This document shows, one piece after another, positions 12,850 to 28,095 of a stretch of 64,000 nt of DNA. This DNA comes from Hormiphora californensis (lineage: Eukaryota; Animalia; Ctenophora). Position 1 is the first letter of the stretch. Each line of letters begins with the position of its first letter. The notes below the pieces were generated by a model. It searched no databases. It was not told the DNA's origin and saw only the letters and a list, made by a program, of their open reading frames with translations. The DNA lies in NCBI GenBank assembly GCA_020137815.1, contig CM035359.1, forward strand, positions 5,890,001 to 5,954,000, given 5' to 3'. The position numbers and the translations under genes were made by a program.

Positions 12850-13087
12850 CCTTTCTCTCGCCCCATCATCCTAGAGTACATTGTTCCCTCTCCCTTTCCC
12901 TTTAGTTATAAATAACCACCCAAAATCTTAGTGTGCGGTGTGCGTTCTGTATCTCTCTCCCTCTTTTTTCTTTCTCTCTATCTCTATCTCCATCTGTATA
13001 GTGTATCTCTCTCTCTCTCTTGATTGCGCGAACAATAGTAACCAAATAAGAAGATAACGGATGGATTGGTTATTTATAAATTCACAG

Positions 13088-13900
13088 TTTGGTTTGGTTT
13101 GGTTTGGACCACTCATCTGGGACTGTAAACAGTCACACAGCCAAGTCTCGCCGAACAGGCGAGACAGCATAGTGCCGGATCATCCTTTCGGAATCACCAC
13201 CAGATCGTCTTCTGTCTGTCGGGGGTCTGTCATTGGTGAAAGAATATGAAATCATACTTCTAGATCGTAAAACTTAATTCTTCTCAGTAACTTTAGCTAT
13301 ACTAGGGCTCATTCGCAAGCTAGATATAATAATGGTGGTGTAGATGAAAATTCTTATTTTTCAGTCCGAATTCTAAAATAATTTAAGCAAGAAACAATGG
13401 AAAAATACCAATAAATTTTCTTGGGGTAACTGTAGCACAAGATCATTTGATCTAATATGACTCTGGTGATTTCGTATCAATAATAATAATAAGGTATGCA
13501 ATGAATGGAAATATAAAACTTTAACAAATTATGAATGAACGGATTTGGAATGATAACAGTGAATCAGTGAATTGATTGTGATCATCTTGAAACTAGAAAC
13601 GAATGAGCGAGTATTGGTGAGTGGAAGGTTCATGAAATAAATTGGACCAGGGCTTTCTAGATGTATCTAATTTTAAAAACAACAAACATTACGGACTGAC
13701 AAACTTACAGCATTTTGATGGGTGATTGGTACCGTGATGTTGTTGGTGATGAGATGAGACTGAGAGGTATGTTTCCAGCAGAGATATATAAAAGATAAAC
13801 GAGAACGATCAAACACAAAAAGGGGTTGGACAGAATGTAGCACCACTAGAATGTTCTAGAAGACAAGTCGGGCGGGAAAGCTAAGAACATTTGTTAATTG
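13088..13900 (-). mobile_element. LINE-like 3' UTR with structured terminus and (CCAAA)n tail
   Basis: Terminus 13088-13254 is repeated at about 28462-28622. Segment 13690-13760 is inverted-homologous to 25190-25256 in the RNase-H LINE 3' UTR. Confidence 0.55.
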
Positions 13901-14331
13901 TTACAACGCGATAAGCGACTTAGTGCAACCAAAACACAAGGATTGTCTCTGTAGTATGCAGTATATGAATGCCCGCTATATTGGGAGAGGTGGGTGGGGG
14001 AGGGCGGGTGGGGTTGTGGGGCGGTGGGTAATATTAGACCAAAATGTAGCTCGACAGTGGGGGGTACAAAAAGATAAGAAGTGATACTGAGTGTGAGAAG
14101 GGAAAAAGGGGGGGGGGGTGAAGAGATGAAACAAAAATGAAGACACGAAAGCAAGAAAACATAAACACAAAACACACGGATTTGAGAGAGGGCAAGTGAT
14201 AAATGAACGAGATTGGGATCGGGAGGTGCTCACGTGACTTAGAATGCTGGCACCCAATTGGCTGATCATAGTGAAAGTGAAAGTGAAAGTGACCATAAAT
14301 GCAGCAATTTGATTGGCTGCACTGACAAAAC

Positions 14332-14405
<74 letters not shown>

Positions 14406-15419
14406 CTAAGAAGCAAAGCGAGTGTTAAACACAATCTAAGAATGGGTGGGTACGAAAAGATAAGATATTAGACCAAAATGTAGCTCGACAGTGGGGGGTA
14501 CAAAAAGATAAGAAGTGATACTGAGTGTGAGAAGGGAAAAAGGGGGGGGGGGGTGAAGAGATGAAACAAAAATGAAAACACGAAACAAAAAAACATAACA
14601 CAAAACACACGATTTAGAGGGCAGTATAAATGAAAAGAGATTGGGTCGGGAGTGCTCACGTGACTTTAAAAATGCCCTGGCACAATTGGCCTGATTATTT
14701 AGACAGGGGGAAAGGTGGGGGAAAGGTTGGGGGGGGGCCCAGAAAATGGAGCAAGATGGCTAAGGGAAAAAACGTGGTTAAAAAAGTAAAAGCATAGACC
14801 GTGAAGAGTAGGTACACTGTACAGTACTCACTGTCCACACACAGTTTACATCGGAGATCCAACTGTACAGGGTGTCCCCATGTCTTTGCGTCACCTGCGA
14901 TTTTGGGTTATGACCGGGCTCCATTAAACTAACCAAAACTCATCGAAAAATTGGTCAAAATGGTTATAACAAAAATCAGTGTTCTAGAGAATTGTCTGGC
15001 GAACATTTTGGTTGCAAGATTGACTTTCCAAGTCTTACCAATCGTCAGATATATCGTCGTAAAGTAAAAATTACGTGTTCATGAAATCCGACCGGAGTTC
15101 ACGTTTTGAAAAATTCACAAATGCAAAGTTGCTGGGATCACATTGCATCACCTGGGTGTCTTATAACTGTCTAAAGACGAAATTCAACCAGCATTTTTGA
15201 GGGGATCACGTGTCATCAGCAAATGGGTAAAATGATTTGAAATTTACAAGAGCTTCATTGGAATGTATTAGTGTATTGACACATTAGTTAGTTTGGGAGT
15301 CACCGCGTCACACTGCTCAAAGAGCTTGGTAGAGCGTCGGCTTAGTATCAACCAACCAACCAACCAACATGTAAAGCAGATGTACTGTCAACGGGTTATT
15401 ATTGCGTTCTAGAGGATAA

Positions 15420-17330
15420 ATTCCCTTGTCAGTTGCTGAGAATATTCATTTCATCTCCAGACGTATAGCATTATTCCTTCCCGTTACCTGCAGTCGAGAT
15501 TGAGATCTTTCGTTCTTCTTCTCCTAAGGACGGTTCAGGGTCAGGCTTAGATTATCTCGTGTAATACCAGAGGCGAGACGTATTGCTGGCTGGACCCTCA
15601 GACCTCAGTGCATTCTGGTCCCGTTCTCGGGGCACTGCATGGTTACCTTTTACACTTACAGATCCCTGGTGCGTCCACACCTGGACTACTGTTGTACTTT
15701 TTAGTCCCCTACCAAGATTGGCGATATCAGTGGTTTAGAGGATGTTCAACGTGCCTTTACTCGTAAAATCGTCGGCCTAAATTGCTAACAGGCCTGGACT
15801 AGGCAATTTCTCATTTGCGGCATACGGCGTCTAGACGGCGTCGCAACGCCGTCTAGACGGCGTCTAGACGGTATACCGTCTGGACGGGTTTCGGTGAAAT
15901 CAGCTAAAACGGTACCGAAATTGCTTGAGACGGGTTATAGACGGTATCAGACGGTCTCTAGACGGGTTATAGACGGTATCAGACGGTGTTGCGACGGTAT
16001 CAGACGGTCTCTAGACGGTGTCTAGACGGTACCGTCCCGGCGTCTGGACGGCGTCTGGACGGTGTCTAGACGGTATCCGTCCGAAATTGAGACGGCACGT
16101 CTGAAAATTGTATCAGACGTTGAGACGGACTTTTAGAACTCCGTCTGTATTTCAGACGGAGTTTTAAAAGTACGTCTCAACGCAGTCTAAAGGAAAATCG
16201 ATGAAAGTACCGTCTAGACAACGTCTCAACTGAAACCGGTCAACATACCGTCTAAACAACGTCTAGACAACGTCTAAACAGAATCTCGCGATTCAGTTTC
16301 AAATACCGTCTAGACAACTTCTCCAGCAATTTCGATAAGAATACCGTCTAAACAACGTATAGACAACGTCTCAAATAATGATGTCTAGACTCGACCGTTT
16401 TCGAAGACCATTCTGGATTACCCATGCCAGTTGGAATTAGTGGTAGATGTGTGCCAAACTGTTTTGGTATCTCCACATTCACTCTTACATCCAGCTATCG
16501 CGTTGTAATACAACTGTGAGATACTGTTTATAGCTGATACTATCAGTGATAGATAGTGTCGGTTATGAGACGTTGTTTAGACGGTATCTGTATCGGATTC
16601 GCTTAAGACGTTGTCTAGACGTTGTTTAGACGGTATTCGTATCGAAATTGCTAGAGAAGTTTTCTAGACGGTATTTGAAACTGAATCGAGAGATTCTGTT
16701 TAGACGTTGTCTAGACGTTGTTTAGACGGTATGTTGACCGGTTTCAGTTGAGACGTTGTCTAGACGGTACTTTCATCGATTTTCCTTTAGACTGCGTTGA
16801 GACGTACTTTTAAAACTCCGTCTGAAATACAGACGGAGTTCTAAAAGTCCGTCTCAACGTCTGGTACAATTTTCAGACGTGCCGTCTCAATTTCGGACGG
16901 ATACCGTCTAGACACCGTCCAGACGCCGTCCAGACGCCGGGACGGTACCGTCTAGACACCGTCTAGAGACCGTCTGATACCGTCGCAACACCGTCTGATA
17001 CCGTCTATAACCCGTCTAAAGACCGTCTGATACCGTCTATAACCCGTCTCAAGCACTTTCGGTACCGTTTTTAGCTGATTTCACCGAAACCCGTCCAGAC
17101 GGTATACCGTCTAGACGCCGTCTAGACGGCGTTGCGACGCCGTCTAGACGCCGTATGCCGCAAATGAGAAATTGCCCCTGGACTACCGGCAGAGACTCCG
17201 ATCCCTGTGTTTGAGCTTTCACTACAAATCTCTCGAGAGATACACTATGATCATGGCCTGGAAAATGTTTGTGGGTTCTTTTGCAGTTTATAAGGCCCCC
17301 AGCTGTGTAACACTCTACCACGAGGCACGT
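15420..17330 (+). pseudogene. Decayed CR1/L2-type ORF2 C-terminal fragment, split by a foldback element
   Basis: SLVRPHLDYCC..GLEDVQRAFTRKI before the insertion and LDYRQRLRSL..SLERYTMIMAWKM after it. Confidence 0.7.
15802..17176. mobile_element. Foldback/Mutator-like element (1375 bp) with ~600-bp inverted arms
   Basis: Termini GGCAATTTCTCATTTGCGG / CCGCAAATGAGAAATTGCC, 9-bp TSD CCTGGACTA, arms built of GTCTAGACGG subrepeats. Confidence 0.92.
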
Positions 17331-17419
17331 CAACACGCAACACTTTCCCATTTTAAATCAAGCCTGGGTGTCTACCATAGTTTAATATAGAGAGAAAAGG
17401 CGAGGGATCATATTTCAGT

Positions 17420-17479
17420 GTTCCCTAATCCAGCTACCATTTCACCGAAATTCGCCCGTAGGGCGAACGGGTTTGCTAG
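17420..17479 (+). mobile_element. Helitron-type 3' end (second copy 46472-46531)
   Basis: Hairpin TTCGCCC-GTA-GGGCGAA followed 8 nt (here) or 9 nt (second copy) later by CTAG|T. Confidence 0.7.
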
Positions 17480-18099
17480 TCCCTATAATAGTTAATACTC
17501 AATCGAACAACAACTCTAATCTCTATGAAGGAGGTACAAGGATACCTAGGGATGGATAGAGTCGAGTGGGGCAGGGAGGTAATAGTGGGGAAAGCTGACA
17601 GGAGGAACAGGGCCGGGAGAATGATGAGCCATGAGGTAGCAAGAAGGCCAGTGTGTGATACGGAGGGGCATAGAGCTACTGGATGGTAAAAGGAGGGTCG
17701 AGGAATAAAGGGAGTCCCTTACCTCCTCAACCCTCCTTTTACAGTGTACAGTATCTCTCTCTACCGAACCCTCACAGCCTCCATCCTATCCTCTGATCTT
17801 GTGTGGCTGTGTGAGCCACACAAGATCAGAGGATAGGATGGAGATATACTACTAGAGAGAACGACAGGGAGTGATACGGAGTGGCAGGAAGCTGAGAGGG
17901 GAAGAGAGGTTCTGGGGGTACAAGGAGGGACGAGGAGTGATAGAATTGGACTGGGTAAAGAAAGAACAGGGATCAGGGGAACATAGTTATTTCGACAATC
18001 GACGTATAAGCAAAAAGAGGAAAGGGCAGGGAGCTGGAGGTCCGGAAGTACAAGGACGATAAAGATTGGATGTTAATACATCTCTCCATGTCATTTCGA

Positions 18100-18337
18100 C
18101 ATTTCATGCCCCGTTGCCCCTTTGTGCAGTGTCACCCCTACCCTTGAATGCCCTTCCCTACCCATCTATGTCCTTCTCTGTCCCTCCATGTACCTGATCC
18201 ATGTCCATTCATATTGTTCCATGTTGCTCAAGGCCATTCCCTTCTATATCCAGTGGGCAGTGTTGCACCCTGTCCATAATGGCTCCAATCTCCATAATAT
18301 AGATATGGAGATTCTTTATATGTACCTCCATGTCCTT

Positions 18338-18338
<1 letters not shown>
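18100..18338 (-). pseudogene. MORN-repeat-like (MORN2-like) coding fragment with indels
   Basis: Mixed frames give YLYYGDW..GQG..LPTG and MNGHGSGTWRDREGHRWVG. Stops and frameshifts present. Confidence 0.35.
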
Positions 18339-21100
<2,762 letters not shown>

Positions 21101-22054
21101 TCTAAAAAGCGGAATCGATGTAATTTTTCTGAGCTTGCCTGCTAAATATTCGTGGCTTTTTTGTTTCTTTTCCCATTCGATTAACATTTAAATCGAATGG
21201 TGATTGCAGTCAAACCAGTTTTCATCTGCATTGGCCGTTTTCGGTCTTACAATTATTGTGCGGTGTCTTTTATCTTCCCATTAGGTTTCCTTATGAGACA
21301 TCAATACTGTTTACTTCGACTTCGAATCTTTTTATCTCATTTGGGCTACGTATCTCTGGGAATGAACAATGCAAAATGTGGGTAGATTTTTATACGGTTC
21401 ATCCAAACTGTTAAAATCGGGTTGTCCTTTTTCAGACGTGCGAGGGAATTCCTGACTTGCCCATTTTCGTAGGGCGCGGTATTTCCTACTTGTGCGCGTG
21501 CAATCGGGAGTTTTCTTTTTGAAATTTTAACCGTGGGGATACCTACGTTTTAAAAATTGTGTTGCTGTAATTGTATTTCCATGCCGGTCATTTTTGGGTG
21601 TTGGTAACTTTTCGTATTTCCCACGGCCGTGGAAAGTTTTTACCGTGAAGTCTTCACCGTTGGAAAGAGATCTACAATACGACTTTAAAAATGGATGATT
21701 TTATTGATGTTATTGAGTATCTCTCTTTTCCACTTGAAAAACTTTGCGCCACAGGGTAGGAACTTCCCGCGGGGCGTGGGAATACGTACAAGCTTATATG
21801 TTTACATCTCAAATATCCGCTTTAAGTTCAGAATTTTTACAACGGTTATTGAAGTTAAAATTGGCGTGCTTACTTGCTACGATCCGTATTTGCCGCACAT
21901 CGGGTTAGGGCTATCCGTTAGGGTCTGGTTAGGGTTTGGTTTGGGGTTATCGGTTAGGGCTATTGATTCTCTAACTGATACCGTTTAGTGTTATCTTACC
22001 AATGTATGCTATAAAGCGGTATATTAAATGTTAATTGATGATGATGATGATGAT

Positions 22055-23398
22055 GAGTGTGAGAGAGACAGTGTCAGTGTTGTTGTGTTTAGTGTTACTT
22101 ACTCTCGTCCGGGACAGTGCTCTGGGGTCTTTGTAACCATTGTTGATGAGTAGGTGGTCTATAACTCTACACGATTCCTCTGCTAATTCAGGTGTAGATG
22201 ACGTCACCCGTGCAGTTTTGTAGAATTGCTTGACAGTCTGCACTTTGGTAGATGTGGAGTGGTGGCTGCTGTTGTGCAGGGTAATGGGCTTCTTTTGTGG
22301 TTTCCTGTAGAAACGGTGTTCTAGCTGCCCCTCTTCGTTTACACGTAGTTCGGCGTCTAGAAACGCGGTGGAACCGGTGGAACCGCGTGGAACCGCGTTT
22401 CTAGACGCCGAACTACGTGTAAACGAAGAGGGGCAGCTAGAACACCGTTTCTACAGGAAACCACAAAAGAAGCCCATTACCCTGCACAACAGCAGCCACC
22501 ACTCCACATCTACCAAAGTGCAGACTGTCAAGCAATTCTACAAAACTGCACGGGTGACGTCATCTACACCTGAATTAGCAGAGGAATCGTGTAGAGTTAT
22601 AGACCACCTACTCATCAACAATGGTTACAAAGACCCCAGAGCACTGTCCCGGACGAGAGTAAGTAACACTAAACACAACAACACTGACACTGTCTCTCTC
22701 ACACTCCCCTTCATCAATGATAGTTTCACTGATCATATCAAGTCATTTATTCATACTCATAAACTACCTGTACGTCTTGTCCTCACACCTGGTACTAAAC
22801 TAGGTGACATATTTTGTAGCTCACGTCCCCACGACCGCCCTGTCTGTACTCTCACAAAATGTATTGTCTGTCCTTTGATCACCAGTGACAAGTATGATTG
22901 CAGAATAAAGGGTGTTGTATATAGAGTTAAGTGCGAGCTATGCCAATAGTTCTATGTGGGTGAGACCGCACGCCCAATACATGACCGGATGCTAGAACAT
23001 CGGCGGGCGGCGATCAACCCCACATCAACATCATACCAGAACAACGCATTTGCGACACACTATAAAGAGACACACGAGGGTAGTACCCCTATTTTAAGTT
23101 TGGAAATACTGAAATCGAATCTTTCGAGAACTATACAGAGAAAGATTAGTGAAGCTGATTTCATACAACAACTGAAACCTACTCTGAACAACAAGAAAGA
23201 GTGTGAGAGTGCTCTAGGCTTCCTAGTCAGTAATAGTTGATAAGTCCTAGAGTACTCGTCATAGCTCTGTGTATAGTACAATCTGAATTTATGTATATCT
23301 GATCCGATGTGAGAATGAGTGAGAGAGAGGGGGAGAGAGTGAGAGATAGAGTTTGTGAGTTGAGTAGAGAGAGTGAGTGAGTGAGAGTGAGAGAGAGT

Positions 23399-23468
<70 letters not shown>

Positions 23469-23660
23469 TATAGAGAGTGAGAGTGAGAGAGATAGAGAGT
23501 ACGTGATTGTTTTGATATGAATTTCGATTTTGATTCCTATTCCTAATATGTTCTATTTTTAGCTACTACTGATGATGGTGTTAAACACCGAAATATCTGG
23601 TTTCATCCAATAATATCCAGCGAGTCTAACTTGTCCAATAAACACAAGAACTATTATCTT
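22055..23660 (+). mobile_element. 5'-truncated Penelope-like element (RT thumb, linker, GIY-YIG; one internal stop) with a 315-bp inverted 5' duplication
   Basis: FLDAEL..FYRKP..LHNSSHH, GVVYRVKCELCQ*FYVGETAR. 22055-22369 is the reverse complement of 22392-22706. Confidence 0.9.
23565..23601 (+). ncRNA. Minimal type I hammerhead ribozyme in the PLE 3' end
   Basis: ACTA-CTGATGA-T-GGTGT/taa/ACACC-GAAA-T-ATC-TGGT: 4-bp stem I, palindromic ATAT in place of stem III. Confidence 0.7.
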
Positions 23661-23729
23661 TTGGTAGCGCGCACCTGTAAACAGGCTGCAAGGCACCCAG
23701 ATTATAATCGCGCCCGTTCCATTCGGTGA

Positions 23730-26206
23730 AAATTACACAAATTGGTCGAACGACGTCATAGTGTATACAGATGGATCACGGTTCACCCATAAAGGCCAGG
23801 GCATAGGAACAGGTTGCGCCTGGGTGATCTTCTACAGTTTTCCATCTGTGTACACTACTGGATCATTGAAGCTTGGTTCAGACAACTCAATCTATCAGGC
23901 CGAGCTCTGTGCAATCTGGAAGGCCACTGAGGAGCTTGCTGTCTCAGCAAACAATCAGCTCTCCGGCAGGTCAGTGACAATCTTCACTGACAGCCAGTCT
24001 GCCCTGATGTCTCTCAACAACGACATCATGAAAACAAATCTGGCAGCTGAGACAGCACGGCTCCTCAACACACTGGGTGAGTCCAACACAATCCTCCTCG
24101 GCTGGGTAAAAGGTCATGCTGGTGAATTGGGCAACGATATGGCAGATAAGGCAGCCAAGCTAGCGGCAAAAGCTGACAGAGAGCCTGACCTATACCTACC
24201 CACCCCTAAGTCCTACTTTAAAGACCAGCTCAAAATGCAGGAAACTCATAACACCAACAGAATCACCGCCTCCCTTCCGGCCTCGGACAACAAACTTCGT
24301 CCCTTAGCACTAAGTAGACGCCTTTACCCAACCATCCGATCTCGGACCCACTTAAAAATGTTAGCGGATATTCTGTCCAATAGGGGTCCGTTAGGATATT
24401 GGCAACATCGAACGAAAAGAGCCCCCTCCCCGTTGTGCCTCAAATGCGACTTAGGGGAAGTTGAGGACAACCTCCACTTCCTTACAACGTGTCCACACTA
24501 CATGAGGGAAAGGCACACCCACTTCCACCTCCCCCTCATTAGTGCATCCCGACTACACGATATTCCCACCACGAAGATTCTGGAGTATATCATTGCAACG
24601 GACATATACCATTCTTAATTATAAAGTATTAAAATGAGTGGCGCAAGTAGAGTGTACTATAGCCTTTTTGAAAGAACTCAATCTCTTCTTGAATGAGGAA
24701 TGGCAAATTATGGGTTAAACGTCCAAAAATTTCCAAACGTGTTTGAAAAATGGCCGAAATACAAAGCGAAACGCCTAAAAACTGTGAAAGAAGTGTTTTG
24801 CATTGTTCGGGGCTGGGTTGAACATAAAGTATAGAAGGGCCGGGATGGTAGCTGACGGGCCGGGCTTGTTTGATGGGTTTCGCCAGTTATTGCGACACTG
24901 CCATGCTTAATTATTGAGAGTGGGAATCGATGAACACATGAACAATTACCGAATTAGACAATTATAAACTCTGTTATTTCACATATTATTACTGTGATAA
25001 CCTGTAAAATACTTATCATACTCCGTTTGACATCACTTTTCGACTCATTAATCACCACAGATCTAATCCCAAATCCGCCCAGATACACCAATAATTACTA
25101 AAATCCTTTCACATTACAGGCATAGCAATGAACCTATACCAAATACCATTCATTGAGATGACCCAAATTAACCCGTACCAGATTCCACCCATCTCATCAC
25201 TAACAACAACACGGTACCAATCATCCATCAAAATGCTGTAAGTTTGTCAGTCCGTATTGTCTTCTGTCAAAATTAACAATAAATCTAAAAAGCCCTAATA
25301 TCTAAACGCCCACTCAACAAGTCTCTCTTCCAGAGCTTTCACAATGTTATAACTTTACACTAACCATCACCCGCCCAACCAAAGTATACACAAACTCACC
25401 ACAAAAAACTCGCAAGAGTCGCTCACTAATGTATTAAAACCAATGTTCTCACTCTCACTCTCAGTGTCATGCTGAGCACAGTTCACTCAAAACAAGATTG
25501 TTTTTACCTCCTACTCCTCTCTTTGATTGGACCCCTGATGCCTGGTGCCAACAAGTCGTCTGCAGGCACTGCAATAACCGAGGGGGAAGTAGGCAGTGGT
25601 CAGACCCTTCAGAGACGGACCGATCACCTTGGTGAGCTGTCGTCAGGACAGGAGCAGACTGATACTATCGGGGCGCAGCACGAAGGACAATCGAATCAAA
25701 TCAATCCTAATCAAACCTATCCGACATCGCTAGGACAGACCCAACCTTGATCCAGACCAACTCCACGACTTGCTACCTGGTTCCAGAACAAAACGTCACC
25801 ACAAAGGCAAAACGTTACCTTGTTCCAGACTAAACTAAACTCAAGACACTCTCAACGGCAAAACGTTACCTTGTTCCAGACCAAATTTAACTCAAGACAC
25901 TCTCAAAGGCAAAACGTTACCTGCTCCAGCTTAATATAAACCTTAGGAATTGATTTAGGCCAGGAGTAGTGTGATACCCCTGTCGACGTCGTGCGGCTCA
26001 CGCTGCTCGGCGTCGCCAGTGGTTGACCACGGTCTTCCTGGAGCGTCTGAAGTAACATGCTCTGCATAAACTGATTAGTGGGTGGCCTTGCTACGGCGGA
26101 GTGGTGGACGTGCTGGGGCGCCTAATAAGCGTGCTCGGTGCGGCCGCCGCTACTTTCGGGCAGGTCATTCGCCAGACGCAGCAAGTACAAACAAACAAAC
26201 AAACAA
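23730..26206 (+). mobile_element. 3' part of an RNase-H-bearing non-LTR retrotransposon (I/R1-group): RNase H plus CCHC ORF to 24618, long 3' UTR, (CAAA)n tail
   Basis: YTDGS, QAELCAI, IFTDSQSAL, WVKGHAG..GNDMADKAAK, CLKC..EDNLHFLTTC. Tail at 26187-26206. Assigning the UTR to this ORF is inference. Confidence 0.8.
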
Positions 26207-26697
26207 GGTAATGCGGGGGGGTATCAACCATTTTTGTGTACGGATGTACGGAAAAAAGCAGGCAATATTTTTTTGTACGGTCCGTACAAAAAATACAAAA
26301 AAATACAAAAAAATACAAAAAAATACAAAAAAGTTTACTGCTGTCGGGAACTTCTTTGGTGCCTTCTACAGGTCTCTAGAGGCGCTCGAGGTCCTTCTAT
26401 TGGCCTTTAAAGGCCTCTAGAGTGTTTATTTAGTTTATTTTACCGTTCCCCGTCCCCACGACTCCTAACTAGAACAAGTCTTACTAACCCGGTGTCCCAG
26501 CATATTTTTTGGCCGAGAATGGCCAAAATTTATCCCCATTTTGGCCGATTTTTTCCCGTGGTCTAAGTTAGTTTGATAATAGTTCAAGATAGTGGAACTT
26601 TAATTTAATAGTCTAAAAAACGGTCGAGTTTTTGAAATTAATTGATTTACACTTAGTGCTATACCAAGTGTTAGTATTTAAAAAGTTTTGAAAAAAA

Positions 26698-26772
26698 TGA
26701 TCCAGGCGAGTTTCGAACCCGGGACCTTCTGCGTGTCAAGTATATGCAATAACCACTACGCCATGGGGGAAC
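26698..26772 (-). pseudogene. tRNA-Val-like pseudogene (anticodon GAC) followed by T7
   Basis: A box TGGCGTAGTGG, B box GTTCGAAAC, loop TTGACAC, GAAGGTC variable arm. Acceptor and anticodon stems are mismatched. Confidence 0.65.
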
Positions 26773-27063
26773 TGAATAGACTGCGATTTGAGAGTATATA
26801 ATGTAGCGCGCGCACAACTGGCCGGGGGAGAGAGGCCGATTCGGCTTTTTCAGTTTTTCGGCCTGCTTATGCCTCCTTTTTCCAGGCATGAGGGGGAATA
26901 AGTAGGCATATTCGGCCGAAAAATGAAATTTCATCAGAAAATAAAGCTTGGGCACTATCCCGACATATTTTGCTGTTACCCAACTAGGATTTGGAGCAAG
27001 TTCAGGACTAGAATAACTTAATCATGGTAATGTTCGCATGGAAAAAGCATGGGATTATGAGTA

Positions 27064-27235
27064 CAGTCGGACCCCGATTTACCGGGATGCTCGGGGGAAA
27101 GGGTTTTGCCCGGTAAATCGGGGTGCCCGGTATATCGGGGTCAAATACCGTTAATTTCCTATATCGGGGGAATTTTATCCTCCCGGTAAATCGGGGTTCC
27201 GGTAAATCGGGGCCCGGTAAATCGGGGTCCGACTG
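27064..27235. mobile_element. Tc1/pogo-type MITE
   Basis: TA-CAGTCGGACCCCGATTTA ... TAAATCGGGGTCCGACTG-TA. Confidence 0.85.
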
Positions 27236-28039
27236 TACTACGAAACTAGAGGGCTATACAGGCCAGTATAAGGACCCCGCAAACCTCTAGAGACTTACAG
27301 GGGGCCCTAAAGAAGTTCCCTTCAGCAGTATATTTTTTTGTATTTTTTTGTATTTTTTGTACGGAAAAAGCAGGGAATTTTGGTTATTTTTTTGTACGGA
27401 CCGTACAAAAAAATACAAAAAAATACAAAAAAATAGGTTGGTACCCCCCCGGTAATGCGCGCGCGAACGTTTTGTGCGCGAACGTTAAAAATCGGCCAGC
27501 GTTAAAATCTAGGTGTTTCGGGCCAGCGTTAAAATCTGGGTGTTTTTTAGGGTTAGGGCCAAAGTAGGGTTAGGGTTAGGGTTTGGGTTTGGGTTTGGGT
27601 TTGGGTTAGGCCTTGACATTTCCTACCAGATAAACTTTGAATTAGCCAAAACGGCTGAGTGGTTTGGCGGCTAGAGCCATTTTAGTGAATCAACTTTTTT
27701 GGCAGCGCGCACCTGTAAACAGGCCACGAAACACCCAGATCGTAACGGCGCCCGTTAGCACTCACGGATGAAAAGCGCTGCCTTATCCCGCGGGTGCCAG
27801 CGGCGTTTGCCAACACTCAAGGTTTTTGTGGGTTAGGGCTAAAGTAGGTTTAGGGGTAGGGCTGGGGTTTGGGTTCAGGTTAGGGCTTGACATTTCCTAT
27901 CAGATAAACTTTGGTTTACCCAAAACGGTTGTGTGGTTTTATATTAGGCTAACATTATTGACCACCGCACCACACGTGCTCTGATATGGCTCGCTGTCTG
28001 AATATCTGCCACAACTATCTCTCTTTCTCTCTCTCTCTT

Positions 28040-28095
<56 letters not shown>

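Larger units (their letters stand above)
26215..27450. mobile_element. Non-autonomous DNA transposon with 8-bp TSD (hAT/P-like)
   Basis: TIR GGGGGGGTAYCAACC, TSD GGTAATGC (26207-26214, 27451-27458), subterminal TACAAAAAAA repeats. Confidence 0.8.

Noticed and set aside
14466-14760. Second copy of 14031-14260
   Set aside because: A simple local duplication that degrades into homopolymer noise; probably low-quality sequence.
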